DNA of 64,000 bases. Origin: Perkinsela sp. CCAP 1560/9. Taxonomy: Eukaryota > Protista > Euglenozoa: Kinetoplastea. How positions within the stretch are numbered: the stretch's first letter is position 1; every line of letters starts with the position of its first letter. Shown here one piece after another: positions 30,801 through 43,146 of this stretch. The stretch lies in contig CBFFSA010000001.1 in assembly GCA_965644495.1 (NCBI GenBank), positions 2,232,001 through 2,296,000 of the forward strand, written 5' to 3'. The notes beneath the pieces are model-generated. The model made no database searches and was not told the DNA's origin. It saw only the letters and a list, made by a program, of their open reading frames with translations. The position numbers were made by a program, and so were the translations under genes.

Positions 30801-33800
30801 AATACAAAAAGTGTTCTTAATACTAAAAGTGATCTTAATACAAAAAGTGATCTTAATACAAAAAGTGATCTTAATACAAAAAGTGATCTTAATACAAAAA
30901 GTGATCTTAATACAAAAAGTGATCTTAATACAAAAAGTGATCTTAATACAAAAAGTGATCTTAATACAAAAAGTGATCTTAATACAAAAAGTGATCTTAA
31001 TACAAAAAGTGATCTTAATACAAAAAGTGATCTTAATACAAAAAGTGATCTGAATACAAAAAGTGATCTTAATACAAAAAGTGATCTTAATACAAAAAGT
31101 GATCTTAATGCAAAAAGTGATCTTAATACAAAAAGTGATCTTAATACAAAAAGTGATCTTAATACAAAAAGTTATCTTAATACCAAAAGTGATCTTAAGA
31201 CAAAAAGTGATCTTAATACAAAAAGTGATCTTAAGACAAAAAGTGATCTTAATACAAAAAGTGATCTTAATACAAAAAGTGATCATAATACAAAAAGTGA
31301 TCTTAATACAAAAAGTGTTCTTAATACTAAAAGTGATCTTAATACAAAAAGTGATCTTAATACAAAAAGTGATCTTAATACAAAAAGTGATCTTAATACA
31401 AAAAGTGATCTTAATACAAAAAGTGATCTTAATACAAAAAGTGATCCTAATACAAAAAGTGATCTTAATACAAAAAGTGATCTTAATACAAAAAGTGATC
31501 TTAATACAAAAAGTGATCTTAATACAAAAAGTGATCTTAATACAAAAAGTGATCTTAATACAAAAAGTGATCTTAATAAAAAAAGTGATCTTAATACAAA
31601 AAGTGATCTTAATACAAAAAGTGATCTTAATACAAAAAGTGATCTTAATACAAAAAGTGATCTTAATACCAAAAGTGATCTTAATGCAAAAAGTGTTCTT
31701 AATACAAAAAGTGATCTTAATACAAAAAGTGATCCTAATACAAAAAGTGATCTTAATACAAAAAGTGATCTTAATACAAAAAGTGGTCTTAATACAAAAA
31801 GTGATCTTAATACAAAAAGTGATCTTAATACAAAAAGTGATCTTAATACAAAAAGTGATCTTAATACAAAAAGTGATCTTAATACAAAAAGTGATCTTAA
31901 TACAAAAAGTGATCTTAATACAAAAAGTGATCTTAATACAAAAAGTGATCTTAATACAAAAGGTGATCTTAATACAAAAAGTGATCTTAATGCAAAAAGT
32001 GATCTTAATACAAAAAGTGATTTTAATACCAAAAGTGATCTTAATGCAAAAAGTGATCTTAATACAAAAAGTGATCTTAATACAAAAAGTGATCTTAATA
32101 CAAAAAGTGATCTTAATACAAAAAGTGATCTTAATACAAAAAGTGATCTTAATACAAAAAGTGATCTTAATACAAAAAGTGATCTTAATACAAAAAGTGA
32201 TCTTAATACAAAAAGTGATCTTAATACAAAAAGTGATCTTAATGCAAAAAGTGATCTTAATACAAAAAGTGATCTTAATACAAAAAGTGATCTTAATACA
32301 AAAAGTGATCTTAATACAAAAAGTGATCTTAATACAAAAAGTGATCTTAATACAAAAAGTGATCTTAATACAAAAAGTGATCTTAATACAAAAAGTGATC
32401 TTAGTACCAAAAGTGATCTTAATCGAAAAAGTGATCTGAATACAAAAAGTGATCTTAATACAAAAAGGTGATCTTAATACAAAAAGTGATCTTAATACAA
32501 AAAGTGATCTTAATACAAAAACTGGTCTTAATACAAAAAGTGATCTTAATACAAAAAGTGATCTTAATACAAAAAGTGATCTTAATACAAAAGGTGATCT
32601 TAATACAAAAAGTGATCTTAATACAAAAAGTGAGCTTAATACAAAAGGTGATCTTAATACAAAAAGTGATCTTAATACAAAAAGTGATCTTAATACAAAA
32701 CGTGATCTTAATACAAAAGTGATCTTAATACAAAAAGTGATCTTAATACAAAAAGTGATCCTAATACAAAAAGTGATCTGAACACAAAAAGTGATCTTAA
32801 TACAAAAAGTGATCTTAATACAAAAAGTGATCTTAACAAAAAAACTGGTCTTAATACAAAAAGTGATCTTAATACAAAAAGTGATCTTAATACAAAAAGT
32901 GATCTTAATACAAAAGGTGATCTTAATACAAAAAGTGATCTTAATACAAAAAGTGAGCTTAATACAAAAGGTGATCTTAATACAAAAAGTGATCTTAATA
33001 CAAAAAGTGATCTTAATACAAAATGTGATCTTAATACAAAAGTGATCTTAATACAAAAAGTGATCTTAATACAAAAGTGATCTTAATACAAAAAGTGATC
33101 TTAATACAAAAAGTGATCTTAATACAAAAAGTGATCCTAATACAAAAAGTGATCTGAACACAAAAAGTGATCTTAATACAAAAAGTGATCTTAATACAAA
33201 AAGTGATCTTAATACAAAAAGTGATCTTAATACAAAAAGTGATCTTAATACAAAAAGTGTTCTTATTCCAAAAGGTGATCTTAATACAAAAAGTGATCTT
33301 AATACAAAAAGTGATCTTAATACAAAAAGTGATCTTAATACAAAAAGTGATCTTAATACAAAAAGTGATCTTAATACAAAAAGTGATCTTAATACAAAAA
33401 GTGATCTTATTCCAAAAGGTGATCTTAATACAAAAAGTGATCTTAATACAAAAAGTGATCTTAATACAAAAAGTGATCTTAATACAAAAAGTGATCTTAA
33501 TACAAAAAGTGATCTTAATACAAAAAGTGATCTTAATACAAAAAGTGATCTTAATACAAAAAGTGATCTTAATACAAAACGTGATCTTAATACAAAAAGT
33601 GATCTTAATACAAAAAGTGATCTTAATACAAAAAGTGATCTTAATACAAAAGGTGATCTTAATACAAAAAGTGATCTTAATACAAAAAGTGATCTTAATA
33701 CAAAAAGTGATCTTAATACAAAAAGTGATCTTAATACAAAAAGTGATCTTAATACAAAAGGTGATCTTAATACAAAAGGTGATCTTAATACAAAAAGTGA

Positions 33801-36800
33801 TCTTAATACAAAAAGTGATCTTAATACAAAAAGTGATCTTAATACAAAAAGTGATCTTAATACAAAAAGTGATCTTAATACAAAAAGTGATCTCAATACA
33901 AAAAGTGTTCTTAATACAAAAAGTGATCTTAATACAAAAAGTGATCTTAATACAAAAAGTGATCTTAATACAAAAAGTGATCTTAATACAAAAAGTGATC
34001 TTAATACAAAAAGTGATCTTAATACAAAAAGTGATCTTAATACAAAAAGGGTCTTAATACAAAACGTGATCTTAATACAAAAAGTGATCTTAATACAAAA
34101 AGTGATCTTAATACAAAAAGTGATCTTAATACCAAAAGGGATCTTAATACAAAAAGTGATCTTAATACAAAAAGTGATCTTAATACAAAAAGTGATCTTA
34201 ATACAAAAAGTGATCTTAATACAAAAAGTGATCTTAATACAAAAGGTGATCTTAATACAAAAGGTGATCTTAATACAAAAAGTGATCTTAATACAAAAAG
34301 TGATCTTAATACAAAAAGTGATCTTAATACAAAAAGTGATCTTAATACAAAAAGTGATCTTAATACAAAAAGTGATCTTAATACAAAAAGTGATCTTAAT
34401 ACAAAAAGTGTTCTTAATACAAAAAGTGATCTTAATACAAAAAGTGATCTTAATACAAAAAGTGATCTTAATACAAAAAGTGATCTTAATACAAAAAGTG
34501 GTCTTAATACAAAAAGTGATCTTAATACAAAAAGTGATCTTAATACAAAAAGTGATCTTAATACAAAAAGTGGTCTTAATACAAAACGTGATCCTAATAC
34601 AAAAAGTGTTCTTAATGCAAAAAGTGATCTTAATACAAAAAGTGATCTTAATACAAAAAGTGTTCTTAATACAAAAAGTGATCTTAATACAAAAAGTGAT
34701 CTTAATACAAAAAGTGATCTTAATACAAAAAGTGATCTTAATACAAAAAGTGATCTTGTTCCAAAAGGTGATCTTAATACAAAAAGTGATCTTAATACAA
34801 AAAGTGATCTTAATACAAAAAGTGATCTTAATACAAAAGGTGATCTTAATACAAAAAGTGATCTTAATACAAAAAGTGATCTTAATACAAAAAGTGATCT
34901 TAATACAAAAAGTGATCTTAATACAAAAAGTTATCTTAATACCAAAAGTGATCTTAAGACAAAAAGTGATCTTAATACAAAAAGTGATCTTAAGACAAAA
35001 AGTGATCTTAATACAAAAAGTGATCTTAATACAAAAAGTGATCATAATACAAAAAGTGATCTTAATACAAAAAGTGTTCTTAATACTAAAAGTGATCTTA
35101 ATACAAAAAGTGATCTTAATACAAAAAGTGATCTTAATACAAAAAGTGATCTTAATACAAAAAGTGATCTTAATACAAAAAGTGATCTTAATACAAAAAG
35201 TGATCCTAATACAAAAAGTGATCTTAATACAAAAAGTGATCTTAATACAAAAAGTGATCTTAATACAAAAAGTGATCTTAATACAAAAAGTGATCTTAAT
35301 ACAAAAAGTGATCTTAATACAAAAAGTGATCTTAATAAAAAAAGTGATCTTAATACAAAAAGTGATCTTAATACAAAAAGTGATCTTAATACAAAAAGTG
35401 ATCTTAATACAAAAAGTGATCTTAATACCAAAAGTGATCTTAATGCAAAAAGTGTTCTTAATACAAAAAGTGATCTTAATACAAAAAGTGATCCTAATAC
35501 AAAAAGTGATCTTAATACAAAAAGTGATCTTAATACAAAAAGTGGTCTTAATACAAAAAGTGATCTTAATACAAAAAGTGATCTTAATACAAAAAGTGAT
35601 CTTAATACAAAAAGTGATCTTAATACAAAAAGTGATCTTAATACAAAAAGTGATCTTAATACAAAAAGTGATCTTAATACAAAAAGTGATCTTAATACAA
35701 AAAGTGATCTTAATACAAAAGGTGATCTTAATACAAAAAGTGATCTTAATGCAAAAAGTGATCTTAATACAAAAAGTGATTTTAATACCAAAAGTGATCT
35801 TAATGCAAAAAGTGATCTTAATACAAAAAGTGATCTTAATACAAAAAGTGATCTTAATACAAAAAGTGATCTTAATACAAAAAGTGATCTTAATACAAAA
35901 AGTGATCTTAATACAAAAAGTGATCTTAATACAAAAAGTGATCTTAATACAAAAAGTGATCTTAATACAAAAAGTGATCTTAATGCAAAAAGTGATCTTA
36001 ATACAAAAAGTGATCTTAATACAAAAAGTGATCTTAATACAAAAAGTGATCTTAATACAAAAAGTGATCTTAATACAAAAAGTGATCTTAATACAAAAAG
36101 TGATCTTAATACAAAAAGTGATCTTAATACAAAAAGTGATCTTAGTACCAAAAGTGATCTTAATCGAAAAAGTGATCTGAATACAAAAAGTGATCTTAAT
36201 ACAAAAAGGTGATCTTAATACAAAAAGTGATCTTAATACAAAAAGTGATCTTAATACAAAAACTGGTCTTAATACAAAAAGTGATCTTAATACAAAAAGT
36301 GATCTTAATACAAAAAGTGATCTTAATACAAAAGGTGATCTTAATACAAAAAGTGATCTTAATACAAAAAGTGAGCTTAATACAAAAGGTGATCTTAATA
36401 CAAAAAGTGATCTTAATACAAAAAGTGATCTTAATACAAAACGTGATCTTAATACAAAAGTGATCTTAATACAAAAAGTGATCTTAATACAAAAAGTGAT
36501 CCTAATACAAAAAGTGATCTGAACACAAAAAGTGATCTTAATACAAAAAGTGATCTTAATACAAAAAGTGATCTTAACAAAAAAACTGGTCTTAATACAA
36601 AAAGTGATCTTAATACAAAAAGTGATCTTAATACAAAAAGTGATCTTAATACAAAAGGTGATCTTAATACAAAAAGTGATCTTAATACAAAAAGTGAGCT
36701 TAATACAAAAGGTGATCTTAATACAAAAAGTGATCTTAATACAAAAAGTGATCTTAATACAAAATGTGATCTTAATACAAAAGTGATCTTAATACAAAAA

Positions 36801-39800
36801 GTGATCTTAATACAAAAGTGATCTTAATACAAAAAGTGATCTTAATACAAAAAGTGATCTTAATACAAAAAGTGATCCTAATACAAAAAGTGATCTGAAC
36901 ACAAAAAGTGATCTTAATACAAAAAGTGATCTTAATACAAAAAGTGATCTTAATACAAAAAGTGATCTTAATACAAAAAGTGATCTTAATACAAAAAGTG
37001 TTCTTATTCCAAAAGGTGATCTTAATACAAAAAGTGATCTTAATACAAAAAGTGATCTTAATACAAAAAGTGATCTTAATACAAAAAGTGATCTTAATAC
37101 AAAAAGTGATCTTAATACAAAAAGTGATCTTAATACAAAAAGTGATCTTATTCCAAAAGGTGATCTTAATACAAAAAGTGATCTTAATACAAAAAGTGAT
37201 CTTAATACAAAAAGTGATCTTAATACAAAAAGTGATCTTAATACAAAAAGTGATCTTAATACAAAAAGTGATCTTAATACAAAAAGTGATCTTAATACAA
37301 AAAGTGATCTTAATACAAAACGTGATCTTAATACAAAAAGTGATCTTAATACAAAAAGTGATCTTAATACAAAAAGTGATCTTAATACAAAAGGTGATCT
37401 TAATACAAAAAGTGATCTTAATACAAAAAGTGATCTTAATACAAAAAGTGATCTTAATACAAAAAGTGATCTTAATACAAAAAGTGATCTTAATACAAAA
37501 GGTGATCTTAATACAAAAGGTGATCTTAATACAAAAAGTGATCTTAATACAAAAAGTGATCTTAATACAAAAAGTGATCTTAATACAAAAAGTGATCTTA
37601 ATACAAAAAGTGATCTTAATACAAAAAGTGATCTCAATACAAAAAGTGTTCTTAATACAAAAAGTGATCTTAATACAAAAAGTGATCTTAATACAAAAAG
37701 TGATCTTAATACAAAAAGTGATCTTAATACAAAAAGTGATCTTAATACAAAAAGTGATCTTAATACAAAAAGTGATCTTAATACAAAAAGGGTCTTAATA
37801 CAAAACGTGATCTTAATACAAAAAGTGATCTTAATACAAAAAGTGATCTTAATACAAAAAGTGATCTTAATACCAAAAGGGATCTTAATACAAAAAGTGA
37901 TCTTAATACAAAAAGTGATCTTAATACAAAAAGTGATCTTAATACAAAAAGTGATCTTAATACAAAAAGTGATCTTAATACAAAAGGTGATCTTAATACA
38001 AAAGGTGATCTTAATACAAAAAGTGATCTTAATACAAAAAGTGATCTTAATACAAAAAGTGATCTTAATACAAAAAGTGATCTTAATACAAAAAGTGATC
38101 TTAATACAAAAAGTGATCTTAATACAAAAAGTGATCTTAATACAAAAAGTGATCTTAATACAAAAAGTGATCTTAATACAAAAAGTGTTCTTAATACAAA
38201 AAGTGATCTTAATACAAAAAGTGATCTTAATACAAAAAGTGATCTTAATACAAAAAGTGATCTTAATACAAAAAGTGGTCTTAATACAAAAAGTGATCTT
38301 AATACAAAAAGTGATCTTAATACAAAAAGTGATCTTAATACAAAAAGTGGTCTTAATACAAAACGTGATCCTAATACAAAAAGTGTTCTTAATGCAAAAA
38401 GTGATCTTAATACAAAAAGTGATCTTAATACAAAAAGTGTTCTTAATACAAAAAGTGATCTTAATACAAAAAGTGATCTTAATACAAAAAGTGATCTTAA
38501 TACAAAAAGTGATCTTAATACAAAAAGTGATCTTGTTCCAAAAGGTGATCTTAATACAAAAAGTGATCTTAATACAAAAAGTGATCTTAATACAAAAAGT
38601 GATCTTAATACAAAAGGTGATCTTAATACAAAAAGTGATCTTAATACAAAAAGTGATCTTAATACGAAAAGTGATCTTAATACAAAAAGTGATCTTAATA
38701 CAAAAAGTGATCTTAATACAAAACGTGATCTTATTACAAAAGGTGATCTTAATGCAAAAAGTGATCTTAATACAAAAAGTGATCTTAATACAAAAAGTGA
38801 TCTTAATACAAAAAGTGATCTTAATACAAAAAGTGATCTTAATACAAAAAGTGATCTTAATACAAAAAGTCATCTTAATACAAAAAGTGATCTTAATACA
38901 AAAAGTGATCTTAATACAAAAAGTGATCTTAATACAAAAAGTGATCTTAATACAAAAAGTGATCTTAATACAAAAAGTGATCTTAATACAAAAAGTGATC
39001 TTAATACAAAACGTGATCTTAATACAAAAAGTGATCTTAATACAAAAAGTGATCTTAATACAAAAAGTGATCTTAATACAAAAGGTGATCTTAATACAAA
39101 AGGTGATCTTAATACAAAAAGTGATCTTAATACAAAAAGTGATCTTAATACAAAAAGTGATCTTAATAGAAAAGTGATCTTAATACAAAAAGTGATCTTA
39201 ATACAAAAGTGATCTTAATACAAAAAGTGATCTGAATACAAAAAGTGATCTTAATACAAAACGTGATCTTAATACAAAAAGTGATCTTAATACAAAAAGT
39301 GATCTTAATACAAAAAGTGATCTTAATACAAAAAGTGATCTTAATACAAAAAGTGATCTTAATACAAAAAGTGATCTTAATACAAAATGTGATCTTAATA
39401 CAAAAAGTGATCTTAATACAAAAAGTGATCTTAATACAAAAAGTGATCTTAATACAAAACGTGATCTTAATACAAAAAGTGATCTTAATACAAAAGGTGA
39501 TCTTAATACAAAAAGTGATCTTAATACAAAAGGTGATCTTAATACAAAAGGTGATCTTAATACAAAAAGTGATCTTAATACAAAAAGTGATCTTAATACA
39601 AAAAGTGGTCTTAATACAAAAAGTGATCTTAATACAAAAAGTGATCTTAATACAAAAAGTGTTCTTAATACAAAAAGTGATCTTAATACAAAAAGTGATC
39701 TTAATACAAAAAGTGATCTTAATACAAAATGTGATCTTAATACAAAAAGTGATCTTAATACAAAAAGTGATCTTAATACAAAAAGTGATCTTAATACAAA

Positions 39801-40670
39801 AAGTGATCTTAATACAAAAAGTGATCTTAATACAAAAAGTGATCTTAATACAAAAAGTGATCTTAATACAAAAAGTGATCTTAATACAAAAAGTGATCTT
39901 AATACAAAAAGTGATCTTAATACAAAAAGTGATCTTAATACAAAACGTGATCTTAATACAAAAAGTGATCTTAATACAAAAAGTGATCTTAATACAAAAA
40001 GTGATCTTAATACAAAAGGTGATCTTAATACAAAAAGTGATCTTAATACAAAAAGTGATCTTAATACAAAACGTGATCTTAATACAAAAGGTGATCTTAA
40101 TACAAAAAGTGATCTTAATACAAAAAGTGATCTTAATACAAAAAGTGATCTTAATACAAAAAGTGATCTTAATACAAAAAGTGATCTTAATGCAAAAAGT
40201 GATCTTAATACAAAAAGTGATCTTAATACAAAAAGTGATCTTAATACAAAAAGTGATCTTAATACAAAAAGTGATCGTAATACAAAAAGTGATCTTAATA
40301 CAAAAAGTGATCTTAATACAAAAAGTGGTCTTAATACAAAAAGTGATCTTAATACAAAAAGTGATCTTAATACAAAAAGTGATCTTAATACAAAAAGTGA
40401 TCTTAATACAAAAAGTGATCTTAATACAAAACGTGATCTTAATACAAAAAGTGATCTTAATACAAAAAGTGATCTTAATACAAAAAGTGATCTTAATACA
40501 AAAGGTGATCTTAATACAAAAAGTGATCTTAATACAAAAAGTGATCTTAATACAAAAAGTGATCTTAATACCAAAAGTGATCTTAATGCAAAAAGTGATC
40601 TTAATACAAAAAGTGATCTTAATACAAAAAGTGATCTTAATACAAAAAGTGATCTTAATACAAAAAGTGA
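823..40670. repeat. 18-bp tandem satellite (TTAATACAAAAAGTGATC)n, about 2,200 units, with kb-scale higher-order duplications
   Basis: Read directly. 39,848 bp / 18 is about 2,213 units. Single-base variants recur in the same order in duplicated blocks; occasional 17- and 19-bp units occur. Confidence 0.99.
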
Positions 40671-40702
40671 AAATCCAAAATCCGAATCATTCCGGATCGC
40701 TC
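40671..40702 (-). mobile_element. 3'-terminal fragment of SINE family A, terminating the satellite
   Basis: AAATCCAAAATCCGAATCATTCCGGATCGCTC matches the reverse complement of the SINE-A end GAGCAATCCGGAATGA plus its (TnGGA) tail. Confidence 0.85.
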
Positions 40703-41048
40703 AATGTTTCAAATAATTTGCAGAATTTTGACCCTTCTTTTCCTTAAAAATCTTTCCTATAGCCATCTGGTGTTTTATGAAGCTTTTTATGCAGCAAATC
40801 AGCTTAGAATTTCGAGATCTGTTGAATGCCGAAGGAATGAGATCACAAGCTCTCACGACACAAATTTTATACTCCAGGTTATGCAAGACCTGGGTGCTAT
40901 AATCCGAAATGCTCTGATCATGTTCTTAAACCCTTGGTAGGATGCACCTTGACAGGTTTTGTTTGTTTTTTTGGTAACGAACTTTATCGCAGGGCATCTT
41001 CAGATGCCGTGATTCAGGACTGGCATTCTTTCCTTCCTTTCTGAAAAC

Positions 41049-41427
41049 ATCCAATCCAAATCATTCCGGATTGCTCCGGATGGTCACTGGCAAGCCAGAC
41101 CCTTCACAGACAGATTTGGAAGTTCCGAGGCCGACGTCCTCTACCAGTTTCCGCTTGCCCAAGGCGGCACCAACGTGATGTTGCCAACACGCTGCGTCGA
41201 CGAACTGTACGTCAACACGGCTTACCCAAGAGGTGTAAGCCGGGTAAGGGAGCTGGTTCCCTGAGGGGAGGGTCCGGGACGGTCCTCCGAGTACTGGACC
41301 TATTCGGTTATCAGCCAGCCTCTTAGAGTGAGGCCGCCGGGAATATTGCGATGAGCGGGTTTGAACTCGCCGTCTGAGCACCATGTGCTTCAAACTTTGA
41401 ATTCTTGCCACTCCGCCACCTCCGCCC
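41049..41427 (-). mobile_element. Full-length tRNA-derived SINE family A (about 380 bp)
   Basis: A-box-like TGGCGGAGTGG, B-box-like GTTTGAACTC on + (GAGTTCAAAC in sense), TTTGGA tail; near-identical to the copies at 48447, 49818 and 63335. Confidence 0.9.
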
Positions 41428-41430
41428 TAA

Positions 41431-41545
41431 AGAGTACAACGCTCAGGGTTCCCGAGCGATCGCTCACCTCAGTACTAACTGAGCCTGGCGGTGCTTAACC
41501 TCACAAAGAACAGGATGTGGTGTTTTCACCGTAGTATGGCCGTAC
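41431..41545 (-). rRNA. 5S rRNA gene copy or pseudogene (first few nucleotides missing)
   Basis: The minus strand reads GTACGGCCATACTAC...GAAAACACC...GTTAAGC...AGGCTCAGTTAGTACTGAG...GGGAACCCTGAGCGTTGTACTCTTT. It has the conserved eukaryotic 5S blocks, paired ends and about 115 nt length. Confidence 0.88.
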
Positions 41546-41986
41546 AACCTGCAGGTTGGTGGTTAGATTCCCGCTATCGACAAAACTCGCAACCTGGCGG
41601 CCTCACTCAAGGGGAAGCGATCAGGAGTTCCTCCAAGGCCCATACTCAACCCCGCTCCCCTGGAGGACCGATCTGGAACCGCCGAGCTGAACCAGGCTCC
41701 GGCGCAACCGCTAAATTGCGATCTGCCTACGCAAAGGAGGCTTGAGACACAGCCTAAACGATTCGAGGCGGTTGGACGCCCGTCCTGGTAGCTACGGTTG
41801 CGTAGCCGTTCTCGGGCTGCAAGGCGTCGAGTGCCGTCTTGGAAGGGGGTAGCAAGACAATGAAGGTCAGTGACCTGAAACTCTACCCTAACGGTTGGCG
41901 CTGCAGAGCCCTCCGTGTCTTCTTCTTTTTCTTCTTCTTCATCTTCTTCTTTTTCTTCTTCTTCATCTTCTTCTTCTTCTTCTTCT
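41543..41986 (+). mobile_element. tRNA-derived SINE family B, 5'-truncated, with a (TTC)n tail
   Basis: Homologous to 57429-57961 in reverse; B-box-like GGTTAGATTCC; long TTC microsatellite tail at about 41918-41986. Confidence 0.85.
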
Positions 41987-42129
41987 GCAAGGAATACATA
42001 GATGCATTCCTTGGCAATGTTGTGCCACATGTTTGGTCATAGCCTCTTTTTCAAGAGGTGTTTCGGAACACCTGGTATGTGTTTTCCGTTTCAAGGACGT
42101 TTTCTGTCCAAAGAAAAGCTGTCCAAAAA

Positions 42130-42245
42130 AAGCTTCTGCGGGTTTTGTTCGAAAAAAAATTCGTGCGGTATCCCCCCCCCCACTAGAGCCCCCCCATGGA
42201 CGCCCCCCATGGACCCACCATTTTTTTCATTTTTTTTTTTTTTGG
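42130..42245 (+). repeat. C-run/TGGA repeat module related to 60630-60780 (inverted) and 58934-58990
   Basis: TTCTGCGG..TTCGAAAA..(CCCCCCATGGA)n..CCATTTTTTT is shared with the reverse complement of 60630-60780. Confidence 0.65.
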
Positions 42246-42483
42246 CCCTTTTTGATCTTTTGCACAAAGTTGAGCTTCGGGATTCGGAAGGTCACTTTCG
42301 AGAAGAATAACTTTACAAGAATCACCAATTGTAATAAGTTGATCGTCATTCGTTCGCTTTTTGTACCTTTTCATGCACTCTTCTTGAGCTTCCGTACTGA
42401 CTGAAAAATCTTAAAAAGGAAGACGATCAATGTAGGAAGACTCATAGAAGTATTTTAGTGTGTCTTCTGGATTGCGCTCAGAT

Positions 42484-42538
42484 GAAGAGAAGAAGAAGAA
42501 GACACTGAGGGCTCTGCAGCGCCAACCGTTAGGGTAGA
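42484..42538 (-). mobile_element. SINE-B 3' fragment
   Basis: (GAA)n followed by GACACTGAGGGCTCTGCAGCGCCAACCGTTAGGGTAGA, the reverse complement of the SINE-B end. Confidence 0.85.
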
Positions 42539-43004
42539 TCCATACTGATTTTAGTGGATGATCTATCCTTGTGAAGGCGTCTTTGGTACGCTTTTCTGGT
42601 GGATACAAAGTGAAGGGTATATCCACCAATTCGCCATTTTCCAGTGATTTTCGTTGATGCGCTCGGGAACTGGATGCAAGCCTTCCCGATACATATGAAA
42701 ATATCTAGGGGATAGTCCTTGGTAAAGATCAAGTGCCCAGTTAGGAAGCTTGGCATGAATCGTGCTTTCCAATGCTCTGGTTAACTCTTCCCGTTGTTGC
42801 GTGATATGTGTAACCCTAGAAACTGAGTGAGGGCTCAGTTCCGTCCACAGAAGACAATGATAGTGCAGTGCGCCTCCTTTTTGACATTCTACTACACCGA
42901 AAAAGGCACGAGGAGCGCCGAAGATACCAATACGAACTTCCTGTTCCTTCTGTAAGACTAGTCGACAGCAGCGTGTTGTCAGGACTAGTCGACAGCAGCT
43001 TCTA

Positions 43005-43146
43005 GTCGACGCATCGTGTTGGTAACAGCACGTGGTGCCGCCTTGGACAAGCGGAAACTGGTAGAGGACGTCGGCCTCGGAACTTCCAAATCTGTCTGTG
43101 AAGGGTCTGGCTTGCGAGCGACCATCCGGAGCAACCCGGAATGATT
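43005..43146 (+). mobile_element. 5'-truncated SINE-A inserted in the Rep coding region
   Basis: Matches the SINE-A 3' 140 bp and lies between Rep motif 1 and the HUH motif. Confidence 0.85.

Noticed and set aside
823-40670. CRISPR array or true telomere
   Set aside because: There are no spacers or cas genes. The array is internal, with transposon DNA on both sides, and lacks a G-rich strand.
615-40747. Giant ORFs of SDLNTK, VILIQK, CIKITF and VLRSLF repeats (up to 6085 aa)
   Set aside because: An 18-bp unit lacking stops in four of six frames gives these automatically. Many variants change the amino acid, and frameshifting 17- and 19-bp units were amplified, so there is no sign of coding selection.
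41563-42404. Poly-Glu, poly-Phe and poly-Leu ORFs
   Set aside because: They are translations of the SINE-B (TTC)n tail.
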